DNA from: Candidatus Woesearchaeota archaeon
Lineage (GTDB): Archaea > Nanobdellota > Nanobdellia > Pacearchaeales > GW2011-AR1
Direction: 5' to 3'
DNA: 64,000 nt
NCBI GenBank assembly: GCA_964418095.1
Contig: CAYQKM010000001.1
Location: 4,173-68,172, forward strand
Below, in pieces: positions 47,575 to 56,346 of the stretch (the first letter of the stretch is position 1; each line of letters starts with the position of its first letter). Position numbers and translations under genes: made by a program. Under the pieces are notes generated by a model. It was not told the DNA's origin and did not search any database. It saw nothing but the letters and a program-made list of their open reading frames with translations.

Positions 47575-47766
47575 TTATCCTCTATCTGGAAAAATTCTTT
47601 TTCCTGTGTTTCTATAGAACATTTTTCCTAAATAAGTTTTAAAATAAGCAAAATAATCATTATTTGGTCTTCCAATCTTCTCAGTTTTATTTAGGTAGTC
47701 CTCACTATCTAAATTTGTTTCATCTGTTAATAAAACATCTTCTGGCTCAAATTTTTTCTCTATCAT
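47575..47766 (-). CDS. Hypothetical protein
   Basis: 63-aa ORF with upstream TTTAAATA. Confidence 0.45.
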   Translation of the reverse strand: MIEKKFEPEDVLLTDETNLDSEDYLNKTEKIGRPNNDYFAYFKTYLGKMFYRNTGKRIFPDRG

Positions 47767-47809
47767 AGAACTTGTATTGTTTTACCTTATTTAAAATCTT
47801 ATGCTTATA

Positions 47810-47880
47810 TGGGCGCGGAGGGAATTGAACCCCCGAATGACGGTCTGGAGCCGTCCAGTTTACCACTAGCCTACGCACCC
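47810..47880 (-). tRNA. tRNA-Trp (anticodon CCA), intronless
   Basis: GGGTGCG/CGCGCCC acceptor, anticodon stem GACGG/CCGTC with loop CTCCAGA, GTTCAATTC T-loop. Confidence 0.95.
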
Positions 47881-47925
47881 TTGTTTACACTAAAAAGGGT
47901 TTGTTTTTTAATCTTTCTCTATATC

Positions 47926-48501
47926 CTACTTCCTGCGTTTGCCTAGTGTAAATGCTTTATTCAAAATTTTCTCAGCTCTTTCTGGTTTTACTTTTCTCAC
48001 AGAATAAAAACTCTTAACTCTTACAGGGAAAACTCCTATAAAATTAAGAACAAATCTCTTTATAATCATGCTTGAAGAAACAAATGCACCAAAATAAAAT
48101 AATCGCGGCCCACCTTTAGTAAAAATTATTCTTGCTGATTTTCCTCTAAAAAATTGTCTAGGCAAAAGAGACCTCTTTTGATACTTATATGCAAATCCAG
48201 GTAAAATTGTTCTATCAAGAAGCCCCTTAAACTTTGCAGGAACACTTCCCCACCAAATTGGAGAAACAAAAACAAGATGATCTGCCCAAAGAAGGTTTTT
48301 TTGAAATAAAACTAAATCCTTTTCAAGAGGCTGGTTAACTTTATATCCTTCTTTAAGATTCATATCAAATTCCATTTTTGAAAGATACATTATTTTTGTT
48401 TTATTTCCAGAAGATTTAGCCCCTTTCAAATACGATTCTCCTATAGCTTTGCAAAGGCTTGTTTCAGAAGGATGTCCTACAAAAATAAATATTTTTTTCA
48501 T
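47926..48501 (-). CDS. Flavodoxin-like NAD(P)H:quinone oxidoreductase
   Basis: GHP...S, WADHLVFVSPIWWGSVPAKFKGLLDR. Confidence 0.9.
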   Translation of the reverse strand: MKKIFIFVGHPSETSLCKAIGESYLKGAKSSGNKTKIMYLSKMEFDMNLKEGYKVNQPLEKDLVLFQKNLLWADHLVFVSPIWWGSVPAKFKGLLDRTILPGFAYKYQKRSLLPRQFFRGKSARIIFTKGGPRLFYFGAFVSSSMIIKRFVLNFIGVFPVRVKSFYSVRKVKPERAEKILNKAFTLGKRRK

Positions 48502-48525
48502 TATATTAAAGTAAAATTAAGAAAA

Positions 48526-48909
48526 TTATTTCTTGTACTTAACAGAAACAATAAGATAATTTGTAAGAGCAATTAAATGGAAAATTAAGCTCCCAAAGTT
48601 TGTTGCTCCAAGATTATCCCATTTTATTGTTGTAGTTAATACAGCAACTGTAAGCACAACAACTGGAATTAAAGCAGTGTATCTAAGTTTCCACCTCACT
48701 AAAAGAGCCAACCCAGAGCCTATTTCTCCAGCTATAAGTATAACTGCCCAAAACATAGGAGCCCATGAGAAGAGAGCAATATTAGAGAGCATAGCAGAAA
48801 CACCAGATATTTTACTTGAAAATAATTTAGTAAATCCAGATACAAGCATAAGCAAGCTCAAAAGTATTAAATTTACTGCAAATAACCCATTTATTTTTTT
48901 CTTTTTCAT
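48526..48909 (-). CDS. DoxX-family membrane protein
   Basis: SG.TKL, GEIGSGLALL; four TMs; GGAGG RBS. Confidence 0.7.
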   Translation of the reverse strand: MKKKKINGLFAVNLILLSLLMLVSGFTKLFSSKISGVSAMLSNIALFSWAPMFWAVILIAGEIGSGLALLVRWKLRYTALIPVVVLTVAVLTTTIKWDNLGATNFGSLIFHLIALTNYLIVSVKYKK

Positions 48910-48958
48910 TTTAACCTCCTTATATCTCTATAACCCAACCAAATCTATCTAAAAAGTA

Positions 48959-48978
48959 ATATGAAACACAATTCATAT
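48959..48978. promoter_or_regulatory. ArsR-type operator ATATGAA-N6-TTCATAT
   Basis: Perfect 7-6-7 inverted repeat adjacent to GTATTTATAAAT. Confidence 0.72.
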
Positions 48979-49038
48979 GTATTTATAAATTTATCTAAAA
49001 TGAATTATACATATTTCTAAAGAGACTAATCTATTAGA

Positions 49039-49731
49039 TTATTTCATTTTCTTAATTTCTTCAATTTCATCCTGAGAAATAGCACAACCTTTTGACTTTG
49101 TAGCATAAAGTAATGCATCTAAAAGAAAAAGCCCATCTTTTAATTCAGTTAATTTCTTTTTCCATGCAACATAAATTAATTCAGCTGAGCGTATAACTTT
49201 AAAATTCTTAAAATAAGCAAAGTTCTGCTTAACTAAAACAATATTAGTATGAAGTTTTCTATTAAGCAATTCTTTAAGGTTCTCAGGCTTTTCAATAAGC
49301 ATTCTAGCTGTTCTCTCGTCTATAGCCAATACATTTTTTATGCCTTTTTTATTTAAAATATCACTAAGTGCAAGACAGGATGCTTCACCATAATGCAATA
49401 ACTTAACTGGTTCTCGTTTAGTAATAAAAAATGAATTTGCTAGCTCTATAATCTCTTTAGATTTCTTTTCTACTTCTAAATTACTAATTCCATAATCTTC
49501 AGCAAGCTCTATTATTTTATCATCAAGCAGCTTTTTTGTTCTGAGTGCTTCAAGCTCAAAGTTTTTTATTGTTAAAGGTTTATCAATTACTTCATTCTTA
49601 ATTTGCCTTGTAATTAGAAAAGCTCCATCAAATATCTCTTTAAGTTTTCTCAGCTCTTTATCTAATCCATTCATAGAGAGTGTTATTAAAGTTCCAGCAT
49701 CAAAGACTATTGCTTTTTTTAATTCTTTCAT
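49039..49731 (-). CDS. PIN-like domain protein
   Basis: VFDAGTLI, NEV, LHYGEASCL, AIDER acidic pattern. Confidence 0.65.
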   Translation of the reverse strand: MKELKKAIVFDAGTLITLSMNGLDKELRKLKEIFDGAFLITRQIKNEVIDKPLTIKNFELEALRTKKLLDDKIIELAEDYGISNLEVEKKSKEIIELANSFFITKREPVKLLHYGEASCLALSDILNKKGIKNVLAIDERTARMLIEKPENLKELLNRKLHTNIVLVKQNFAYFKNFKVIRSAELIYVAWKKKLTELKDGLFLLDALLYATKSKGCAISQDEIEEIKKMK

Positions 49732-50004
49732 TTAATTACCCAAATCCTTATACACTGGTTTAATTGAAAGTATTTTAATTATGTACACAATAGAAATCAC
49801 TCCAAAAATCAAAAATAAAGTGAATGCAGGCCAATCTTCTTTTAAAAATGTACTTAAAGCCAGCCCAATAAGTCCAAATAAATTTAAAATATGATATAGA
49901 ACATAATCTATTTTAAGTTTTTTTGCTGAACGCAAAATATATGCTAGTATAACAAATACTAATCCAATCCATCCAATAAGATTAAATGTCATATCAATTT
50001 CCAT
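49732..50004 (-). CDS. Small three-TM membrane protein
   Basis: IGWIG...ILAY...Y..LNL.G pattern. Confidence 0.6.
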   Translation of the reverse strand: MEIDMTFNLIGWIGLVFVILAYILRSAKKLKIDYVLYHILNLFGLIGLALSTFLKEDWPAFTLFLIFGVISIVYIIKILSIKPVYKDLGN

Positions 50005-50564
50005 TATCCAAATATCTCCATTGCAAGTTTAATTCTTGATTCTGTAGTTTTAGTATAACTCTCGCGCACATCAGAAATTCCTGTTTTTCCAACATATTCT
50101 GCAAGTTCATACTGGTTTATTCCTAAAAGATTTGCTGTCTGCTCCATAGAAATACCGTGCTCATAAATTCTTGAAGCTTTATTAATTTCAGCTACTCTCA
50201 AAACCTCTTTTATGTATTTCTTTAATTTTCCAGAAAGGTTTTCAACACCTCTTCTAATCATTTTAAAGTCTTCTCTAAATTTATCATAATCTTCATTCTC
50301 AATATCTTTTATTGATTTGTCAAGATAAATAATAACATTCTTATAGAATTTTTTCCACCCTGGAAGCTGTCTATAATCTATTCTCTCAATAATTTTACTT
50401 AATGAGTAAACCATAACAGCAACAGCAATATTATCAACATCTTGTGTAAGAGATGCTGTATTTATTGTTTGATTACTTAATCCTCTTATTTTAAAAGAGT
50501 CGTTTTTTTCAAGAGCATCTCTAGTTTCCTTTAAAATTCTTAAAACATTATCAGATTCTTGCAT
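50004..50564 (-). CDS. Hypothetical protein with C-terminal HTH-like segment
   Basis: HGISMEQTANLLGINQYEL. Confidence 0.6.
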   Translation of the reverse strand: MQESDNVLRILKETRDALEKNDSFKIRGLSNQTINTASLTQDVDNIAVAVMVYSLSKIIERIDYRQLPGWKKFYKNVIIYLDKSIKDIENEDYDKFREDFKMIRRGVENLSGKLKKYIKEVLRVAEINKASRIYEHGISMEQTANLLGINQYELAEYVGKTGISDVRESYTKTTESRIKLAMEIFG

Positions 50565-50629
50565 TCAAATTACCTCTATATCTATGCATTTTAAAAGAAA
50601 GCAGGTTATTTAAATCTTAATACTGCACA

Positions 50630-50869
50630 TCACTTTTTTCTATGAGTATAAAGATACTTCATTAATTCAATTGAAAATACTTTTGGATTAACTTCTTTAA
50701 ACTCTGAGTGTTCTTTAAGGTAATTATTAACTTGTTCTAAAACATTAGAATAATCTCTTCCTGAAAGGAAATTAGAAAAATATTCAGTGCTTAACTTAGT
50801 TAAATCTACAATAATATCTGAATTCTCTTTAGACAAAACAAATTTTTTAACTAAATTTTCTATTTTCAT
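50630..50869 (-). CDS. Hypothetical protein
   Basis: 79-aa ORF. Confidence 0.5.
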   Translation of the reverse strand: MKIENLVKKFVLSKENSDIIVDLTKLSTEYFSNFLSGRDYSNVLEQVNNYLKEHSEFKEVNPKVFSIELMKYLYTHRKK

Positions 50870-50889
50870 ATTCTTCTTTTAAGTTTTTA

Positions 50890-51315
50890 CTATTTAAAAC
50901 TTATTCCCCCTGAATGTTTAATTCCAAAAACATAATATCCTATCCAATCCCCAACACAATGTCTATCTCTTATAGATTCAGGTGGCTCTAAAGAGTAAAT
51001 TCCCCCAATAGGAGCTTTATCTCCATAATTATTAAATAAATACCTATTGAATGAGTTTAGTTTTGAAATTACTGCCTCGTGCGCATTTCTTTTATCTCTA
51101 TCAAGGTTAATCATTGTTTCAGTAGAATCGTCAATAAATCTTTCACAATCATTAAGCTTTCTTCTATATGCTTCAAAATTAACTGTTGTATCAACATAGT
51201 CAAAAGCAGAAAATGTAAGGCTTTTAAGTAATCTTAATCCATTTTCATCTCCAGCTAAAATCTCTTCTATTTCACTTCTTCTCTGTCTCGCTTTATTTAT
51301 CTTTTTTTCATCCAT
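50890..51315 (-). CDS. Helical protein, possibly DUF3232-like
   Basis: D..KRNAHEAVIS.L...NR and DRH.VGDW motifs. Confidence 0.45.
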   Translation of the reverse strand: MDEKKINKARQRRSEIEEILAGDENGLRLLKSLTFSAFDYVDTTVNFEAYRRKLNDCERFIDDSTETMINLDRDKRNAHEAVISKLNSFNRYLFNNYGDKAPIGGIYSLEPPESIRDRHCVGDWIGYYVFGIKHSGGISFK

Positions 51316-51316
51316 T

Positions 51317-51430
51317 TTACTTCATTAAAAACTTCGCAAATTTGTATATTGAGATTATAGGTAAAACTATCAAAAGCCCAATTCCCATAAAAAATACTTC
51401 TATTCCTGCTGCAACTTCATTAAATTCCAT
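51317..51430 (-). CDS. 37-aa single-TM microprotein, not in ORF track
   Basis: MEFNEVAAGIEVFFMGIGLLIVLPIISIYKFAKFLMK; ends 1 nt before next ATG; TATA upstream. Confidence 0.5.
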   Translation of the reverse strand: MEFNEVAAGIEVFFMGIGLLIVLPIISIYKFAKFLMK

Positions 51431-51537
51431 TATTTTAATTATATAATAAGCTATTTAAATCTTTCTAATTGTTACTACTTATCAGTGTTAATAAAGATAA
51501 AGATATTATTATAAGTACATTTTAACTTTGATAATAT

Positions 51538-51879
51538 ATGAAAAAACAAGTCCTATTAGATACAAATTTTATATTAACATGCATAAAACAAAAAATTGAT
51601 TTTTTTGAGGAATTTTATTTAATGGGAATTGAAATAATTATCCCTGAAAGTGTAATCTCTGAACTGAACAAATTAAAAAGAGCTTCTGCACTAACACTTT
51701 TAGAAAAAAGTTCATTTAAAGAGATTATTTTACCTGGAAAAAATGTAGATAATTCTATAATTCAATTTGCAAGAGCTAATCCTCAAATAATAATTGCTAC
51801 ACTAGACAGAACAATGAGAAAAAAAATAAAAAATAAAAAAGTAACAATAAGAGGAAGAAAAACACTAGAAATTCTATAA
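51538..51879 (+). CDS. PIN-domain nuclease (Fcf1/Utp24-like)
   Basis: LLDTNF, VISEL, VD, IATLD; usual position before rpoE1. Confidence 0.85.
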   Translation: MKKQVLLDTNFILTCIKQKIDFFEEFYLMGIEIIIPESVISELNKLKRASALTLLEKSSFKEIILPGKNVDNSIIQFARANPQIIIATLDRTMRKKIKNKKVTIRGRKTLEIL

Positions 51880-51906
51880 TAACCTACGAGCAGTCCATTA
51901 AATACT

Positions 51907-51932
51907 AACCGAAGAGCTTTTAAACCAATTTT
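51907..51932 (+). promoter_or_regulatory. BRE-TATA promoter of the rpoE1 operon
   Basis: AACCGAAGAGCTTTTAAACCAATTTT. Confidence 0.75.
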
Positions 51933-51952
51933 TACTTTAATTTTGAGATAAA

Positions 51953-52576
51953 ATGTTTTATTTAACTGAAGTTGAAGACTATGTAAGGGTTGAACCAAAA
52001 CTATTTGGATTACCGACAGTAGAGGCAGTTGACCAGCAGCTTAGAGAAGTTTATTCAAATTATTATAATAAAGAATTAGGCAGATCTGTTGCTGTTATAG
52101 AAGTGCTTGAAGTTGGTGAAGGAGTAATTATACCTGGAGATGGTGCAGCATATTACAACTCAAGATTTAAACTGCTTGTCTGGAAACCTGAACTTCAAGA
52201 ATTAGTTTTTGGAGAAGTCTCTGAAATAACTAAGTTCGGAGCATTCATAGATATGGGTGCAATGAGAGGGATGATTCATATAAGCCAGACAATGGATGAC
52301 TTTGTTAGTTTTAGTAAAACAAACATCCTTTCAGGAAAAGTTTCAAAAAGAAATTTAAAACAAGGAGATACATGCATGGCAAGAATAGTTGCAATCTCTC
52401 ACAAAGGAGATGAACCAAAAATAGGATTAACAATGAGACAACCTGGATTAGGAAAATTAGACTGGATAAAAGAAGATTCTATTAAAAAAGAAAAAGAAGC
52501 TGAAAAAGCAGAAAAGTTAGCTGCTAAAGGAGAAGCAAAATCAGAGAAAAAATCAAAAGGAAATAAAAAGAAATAA
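51953..52576 (+). CDS. rpoE1: RNA polymerase subunit E' (Rpo7)
   Basis: IIPGDGAAY, S1 domain FGAF...GMIHISQ, IGLTMRQPGLGK. Confidence 0.95.
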   Translation: MFYLTEVEDYVRVEPKLFGLPTVEAVDQQLREVYSNYYNKELGRSVAVIEVLEVGEGVIIPGDGAAYYNSRFKLLVWKPELQELVFGEVSEITKFGAFIDMGAMRGMIHISQTMDDFVSFSKTNILSGKVSKRNLKQGDTCMARIVAISHKGDEPKIGLTMRQPGLGKLDWIKEDSIKKEKEAEKAEKLAAKGEAKSEKKSKGNKKK

Positions 52577-52577
52577 A

Positions 52578-52772
52578 ATGGCAAAAGCAAGAGCTTGTAA
52601 ACTATGTGGAAGGATAACAGAAGAAAAAGGAGATAAATGCCCTTCTTGTGGATCAAAAGAATTAACTGAAAGTTTCAAAGGAAGAATTGTAGTTTTAGAT
52701 TCAGAAAAATCAGAGGTAGCAAAAAAATTAAATATAAAAGACACTGGAAACTTTGCAATTAAAACTAGATAG
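52578..52772 (+). CDS. spt4: Transcription elongation factor Spt4 (RpoE'')
   Basis: AC..C...CPSCGS, SEVAKKL...G.FA. Confidence 0.93.
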   Translation: MAKARACKLCGRITEEKGDKCPSCGSKELTESFKGRIVVLDSEKSEVAKKLNIKDTGNFAIKTR

Positions 52773-52786
52773 ATTAACTAATTCAA

Positions 52787-53146
52787 ATGGAAATAAAAGA
52801 TATTAAAGAAATCAAAAACCTTGTTTTTGAAAGAAGAGAACTTGAAGCAAAAGTTATTGCAGATATTACTCCAACAAAAAAAGATGTTACCTTAGCTCTT
52901 GCAAAAAAGCTTTCTGTAAGTGAAGATGCAATAAAATTAAAAGGAATATATGGGAGATTTGGTGTAAGAGAATTTGAAATTAAAGCAAATATTTACAAAT
53001 CAAAAAAAGATAAAGATAAAGTAGAAAAAAAGACAAAAAAAGAAATTGAAGAAGAAAAAAAAGAAGCAGAAGCAGCAAGGAAAGCTGCTCAAGAAGCTAA
53101 AAAAGCTAAGGAAGAAGCTAAACAATCTGAGGAGAAAACAGAATAA
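52787..53146 (+). CDS. rps24e: 30S ribosomal protein S24e
   Basis: N..FERRE, TP, FG.....ANIY; operon position. Confidence 0.85.
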   Translation: MEIKDIKEIKNLVFERRELEAKVIADITPTKKDVTLALAKKLSVSEDAIKLKGIYGRFGVREFEIKANIYKSKKDKDKVEKKTKKEIEEEKKEAEAARKAAQEAKKAKEEAKQSEEKTE

Positions 53147-53151
53147 ATAAA

Positions 53152-53367
53152 ATGGCAAAGAAAATAGTAAAAAAAGGAAAGAAAAAACATGTTAATAAAC
53201 CAACTAGCAAAAAATATACAAAATATAAAGTAGAAGGAACAAAAGTAACAAGAACACACAAATTCTGCCCAAGATGCGGACCAGGAGTATTTTTAATGAA
53301 TTCTAAAGGAAGACTGTATTGTGGAAAGTGCCACTATACTGAATTTATAACTAAGCAAGATAAGTAA
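53152..53367 (+). CDS. rps27ae: 30S ribosomal protein S27ae
   Basis: [10 protein letters not shown]...[10 protein letters not shown]. Confidence 0.95.
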   Translation: MAKKIVKKGKKKHVNKPTSKKYTKYKVEGTKVTRTHKFCPRCGPGVFLMNSKGRLYCGKCHYTEFITKQDK

Positions 53368-53453
53368 AAAAGTTTAAGAATATTCTCTCAATTTCTAAAA
53401 TCTTTATTTAAGAAGATTTAGAAATGTTATCTGCTTTTTTATATGAATATTTG

Positions 53454-53804
53454 TCATTTTTGTTTAGAATCATATTCAGTATGACATTTTGAGCATAAAA
53501 AGCGAAAGTGTTTGTCTATCGGCTTATGGGAAAGAACTATCTCCTTTTCGGATTTATCTAAGTCTACTTTAACTAATCTACGTTCCTTATCAATTAGATA
53601 TTTTTTCAATAATATTTTTTCAATAACCTCTTTTCTAGAATTTCCCCGAATGTGTGCTGCTTCTAATTCTCTGATTTGATTACACTCTTGACAAATATGA
53701 TTTAATTCTAATTTTCTTTTTTTAGTCATAGATTGAATCACATTTCTAATTCTAGGGCCGATATATTTATGAAACTCTTCTATAGTACAAGTTATTTCTG
53801 CCAT
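53454..53804 (-). CDS. HNH-like Zn-binding endonuclease
   Basis: CQEC...LEAAHI...LCSKCH..YD. Confidence 0.6.
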   Translation of the reverse strand: MAEITCTIEEFHKYIGPRIRNVIQSMTKKRKLELNHICQECNQIRELEAAHIRGNSRKEVIEKILLKKYLIDKERRLVKVDLDKSEKEIVLSHKPIDKHFRFLCSKCHTEYDSKQK

Positions 53805-53989
53805 ATTTGTTAAAGAAATAATACATATAAAAACTTATCCTCAAATCTACGACAAACTTCTATTAATCTCTTGCATTCTAGTAATGTTAAAAAAATATCC
53901 TTCACACTCTTCTTAATGCTAATAAGATAAATAGAAATTAATTTCAAAACCAGGGGAGAGACTTATAAAAACACTAGTTTAAACCCTAT

Positions 53990-54352
53990 TTAGTTATTAG
54001 TTATATTCTTCTTAGCATAATCAAAATGATATTTAAATAATTCATCATGATATATCCCAATTATGGATCTTTCTTGCTGCAAATTTCTTTGATTTTTGTT
54101 ATACTTTCTTATTATATACCAACCTAAACCAATTAAAGCAAAAATAAAATAGATAAAAATAACCCAGTAAACCTGAAATAAATACGCTACTGAAAATCCA
54201 GATAATGCCAAAGCCAATAAGGATAGTGTAATGGTGGTATTATACATAGAACCTTGATGACTGGCGATTGTTTTTGTTAAGAATCTATTTAATAAAAACC
54301 TTCTGTCTTCTTCCTTTATCTTTTTTATATCTAATGGAAATTGTCCTTTCAC
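53990..54352 (-). CDS. Two-TM membrane protein
   Basis: Two adjacent hydrophobic segments; GTG start. Confidence 0.5.
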   Translation of the reverse strand: MKGQFPLDIKKIKEEDRRFLLNRFLTKTIASHQGSMYNTTITLSLLALALSGFSVAYLFQVYWVIFIYFIFALIGLGWYIIRKYNKNQRNLQQERSIIGIYHDELFKYHFDYAKKNITNN

Positions 54353-54379
54353 TTTTATAATTCCGCTTGTTAATGTACA

Positions 54380-54985
54380 TCATTCAAGGAGTTTATATTT
54401 AAAGGTCATAGATTCTGCATAATTTCCTTCATTGGAATCTATATGACTTATTATTTTTATAGCTATAAATGAGTCTCCCATTATCCCATTCCTGTCTTTA
54501 TCAATAGAAAGACAAATAATCTCTTCATCTTTTACAGGAATACTATAACTAAGAGTTGTATTTACTTCAGAACTATTTTGATGTGAATTAAATTCGCTAT
54601 CTAATCCATATCTTATAAATTCGCAACTGTCTTTTGTTACCCTATCTAAATCTAATTCTTCAATTTTAACGGGCATTGAAGCAGTAATGCAATTCCCAAA
54701 TCTTGGATTTCCATTGCACCAATAACCATAAATCCTCCCTATCCCATCTGTATATTGATAGTTAGTAGACTCCCATTGAAAATTTCCCTTTAAACTATTA
54801 ATTGATACTTGTCCGTCAAAAGAATCAAATGTTTCTAAATGTTTAATTGTTACAACTTCTTTAAAGATGGCATCGTCTCCTTCAAAGACATTTCTTTGTT
54901 TAAATTGCCATATTATAATACAGGTTACAATCAATAGAATTATTATAAACCCTGCCACAATACTTATCTTCAATCTCTTTTTCAT
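54380..54985 (-). CDS. Secreted/membrane-anchored protein
   Basis: Basic N-terminus plus TM, several Cys in the exported domain. Confidence 0.6.
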   Translation of the reverse strand: MKKRLKISIVAGFIIILLIVTCIIIWQFKQRNVFEGDDAIFKEVVTIKHLETFDSFDGQVSINSLKGNFQWESTNYQYTDGIGRIYGYWCNGNPRFGNCITASMPVKIEELDLDRVTKDSCEFIRYGLDSEFNSHQNSSEVNTTLSYSIPVKDEEIICLSIDKDRNGIMGDSFIAIKIISHIDSNEGNYAESMTFKYKLLE

Positions 54986-55328
54986 AACTCTATTAAAGCA
55001 ATCTCTTTTAAAAACATTTTCAAAACATAAATTATTTCAAAACCCTGGGAGAATCTTCAAGCCAACAAATAGCAGACCTGAAGCGTCTCCTGGGTAAAAA
55101 GAGGTGATAATAAATGCAATACTATTAACTATTTAAACCTTTCTATTATGTTACTCTTTAAAAATGACACTCCTTAATAAACTTAAAGTGACAACGAATT
55201 TTTTAATAGTCCCTCTAAAATTATAAAAAATATAAAATTACTTAATAACTACTTATATTTTTAATAACTACTTTATACTATCTAAATCCTTTATAAAACT
55301 TTATATATTAGAAAACCATAAATTTTCA

Positions 55329-56345
55329 ATGGAAAAGCAAGGTGAAACCTTCAATACCCTCTTAGATTCACTAAATCCAATAAAACCACAAGAGGTTGTT
55401 GAAAACACGAACACACTAAAAACAAATGTAAAGCAAGAAGAAATACACGACTTATTATTTAGTAAAGAAATTGGTTGGAGAGATATTATTTATGATTTAA
55501 TAAACACAGAACAATTAGATCCCTGGGATATTGATTTAAGTGTTTTAACTGAAAAATACTTTCAAAGAATACAAGAAATGGATGAAAAGAACTTTTTCAT
55601 TTCAAGTAAGGTACTTTTAGCTGCATCTTTACTTCTCAGAATAAAATCTGAAATACTCTTAAACAAATACATAAAAAGCATAGATGAAATCCTTTTCGGT
55701 CATAAAGAAGAAATTAAAAAAGCCTCTTTTGAGAGAATAGAACTTGAAGAAGAAATCCCTGAACTAATACCAAGAAGCCCTCTTCCAAGATTTAGAAAAG
55801 TAACACTAAAAGAATTATTAGAATCACTAAATAAAGCAATAATAACAGAGAATAGAAGAATAAAAAAGGAAATAATAAATAAAAATGCTTTAAGAGAAAG
55901 CTCAATCTCTCTCCCTAAAAGAAAATTTAGTATAAAAGACAAAATAATTGAAATAACAAGAATTCTTGATTCTAAATTTAGTACTAAAAAAGAACTTAAA
56001 AAAATAACATTCACAGAGCTTGCAGGAACTGAAAGAGAAAAAAGAATAGAACACTTTTCACCTTTATTGCATATTGAATCTCAAAAGAAAATCTGGTTAG
56101 AACAATCAATTCATTTTGAAGAAATAGAAATCTGGGAAAAAAATAATTATTGGGAAAAAAAGGGAGATCCATTTAGAGAGCTAATAACAGAATTAAAAGA
56201 AGGAACTTACACTGAAAATAAAGTATCAGATGAAGAATTTAATAAGTTTGCAGAAATAGATGAAAAATATGAACTTGAAGAGCAAGAAAAAGCATCAAAG
56301 AAATTTTCAAGGAAAATAAAGTTAGAAGAAGACCAAGAGGAGTAA
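55329..56345 (+). CDS. scpA: Segregation and condensation protein A (kleisin)
   Basis: LDPWDIDL, LLAASLLLRIKSE.L, RKVTL.EL..L..A, F.PLL.I....I.LEQ...FEEI. Confidence 0.9.
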   Translation: MEKQGETFNTLLDSLNPIKPQEVVENTNTLKTNVKQEEIHDLLFSKEIGWRDIIYDLINTEQLDPWDIDLSVLTEKYFQRIQEMDEKNFFISSKVLLAASLLLRIKSEILLNKYIKSIDEILFGHKEEIKKASFERIELEEEIPELIPRSPLPRFRKVTLKELLESLNKAIITENRRIKKEIINKNALRESSISLPKRKFSIKDKIIEITRILDSKFSTKKELKKITFTELAGTEREKRIEHFSPLLHIESQKKIWLEQSIHFEEIEIWEKNNYWEKKGDPFRELITELKEGTYTENKVSDEEFNKFAEIDEKYELEEQEKASKKFSRKIKLEEDQEE

Positions 56346-56346
56346 T

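Noticed and set aside
55042..55095. SRP RNA helix 8 (contains AGCAG)
   Set aside because: No GNRA tetraloop or matching 5' strand; far too short for archaeal SRP RNA
51431..55328. Replication origin at the gene-orientation switch
   Set aside because: No cdc6/orc1 and no repeated ORB-like G-string boxes seen; skew could not be computed
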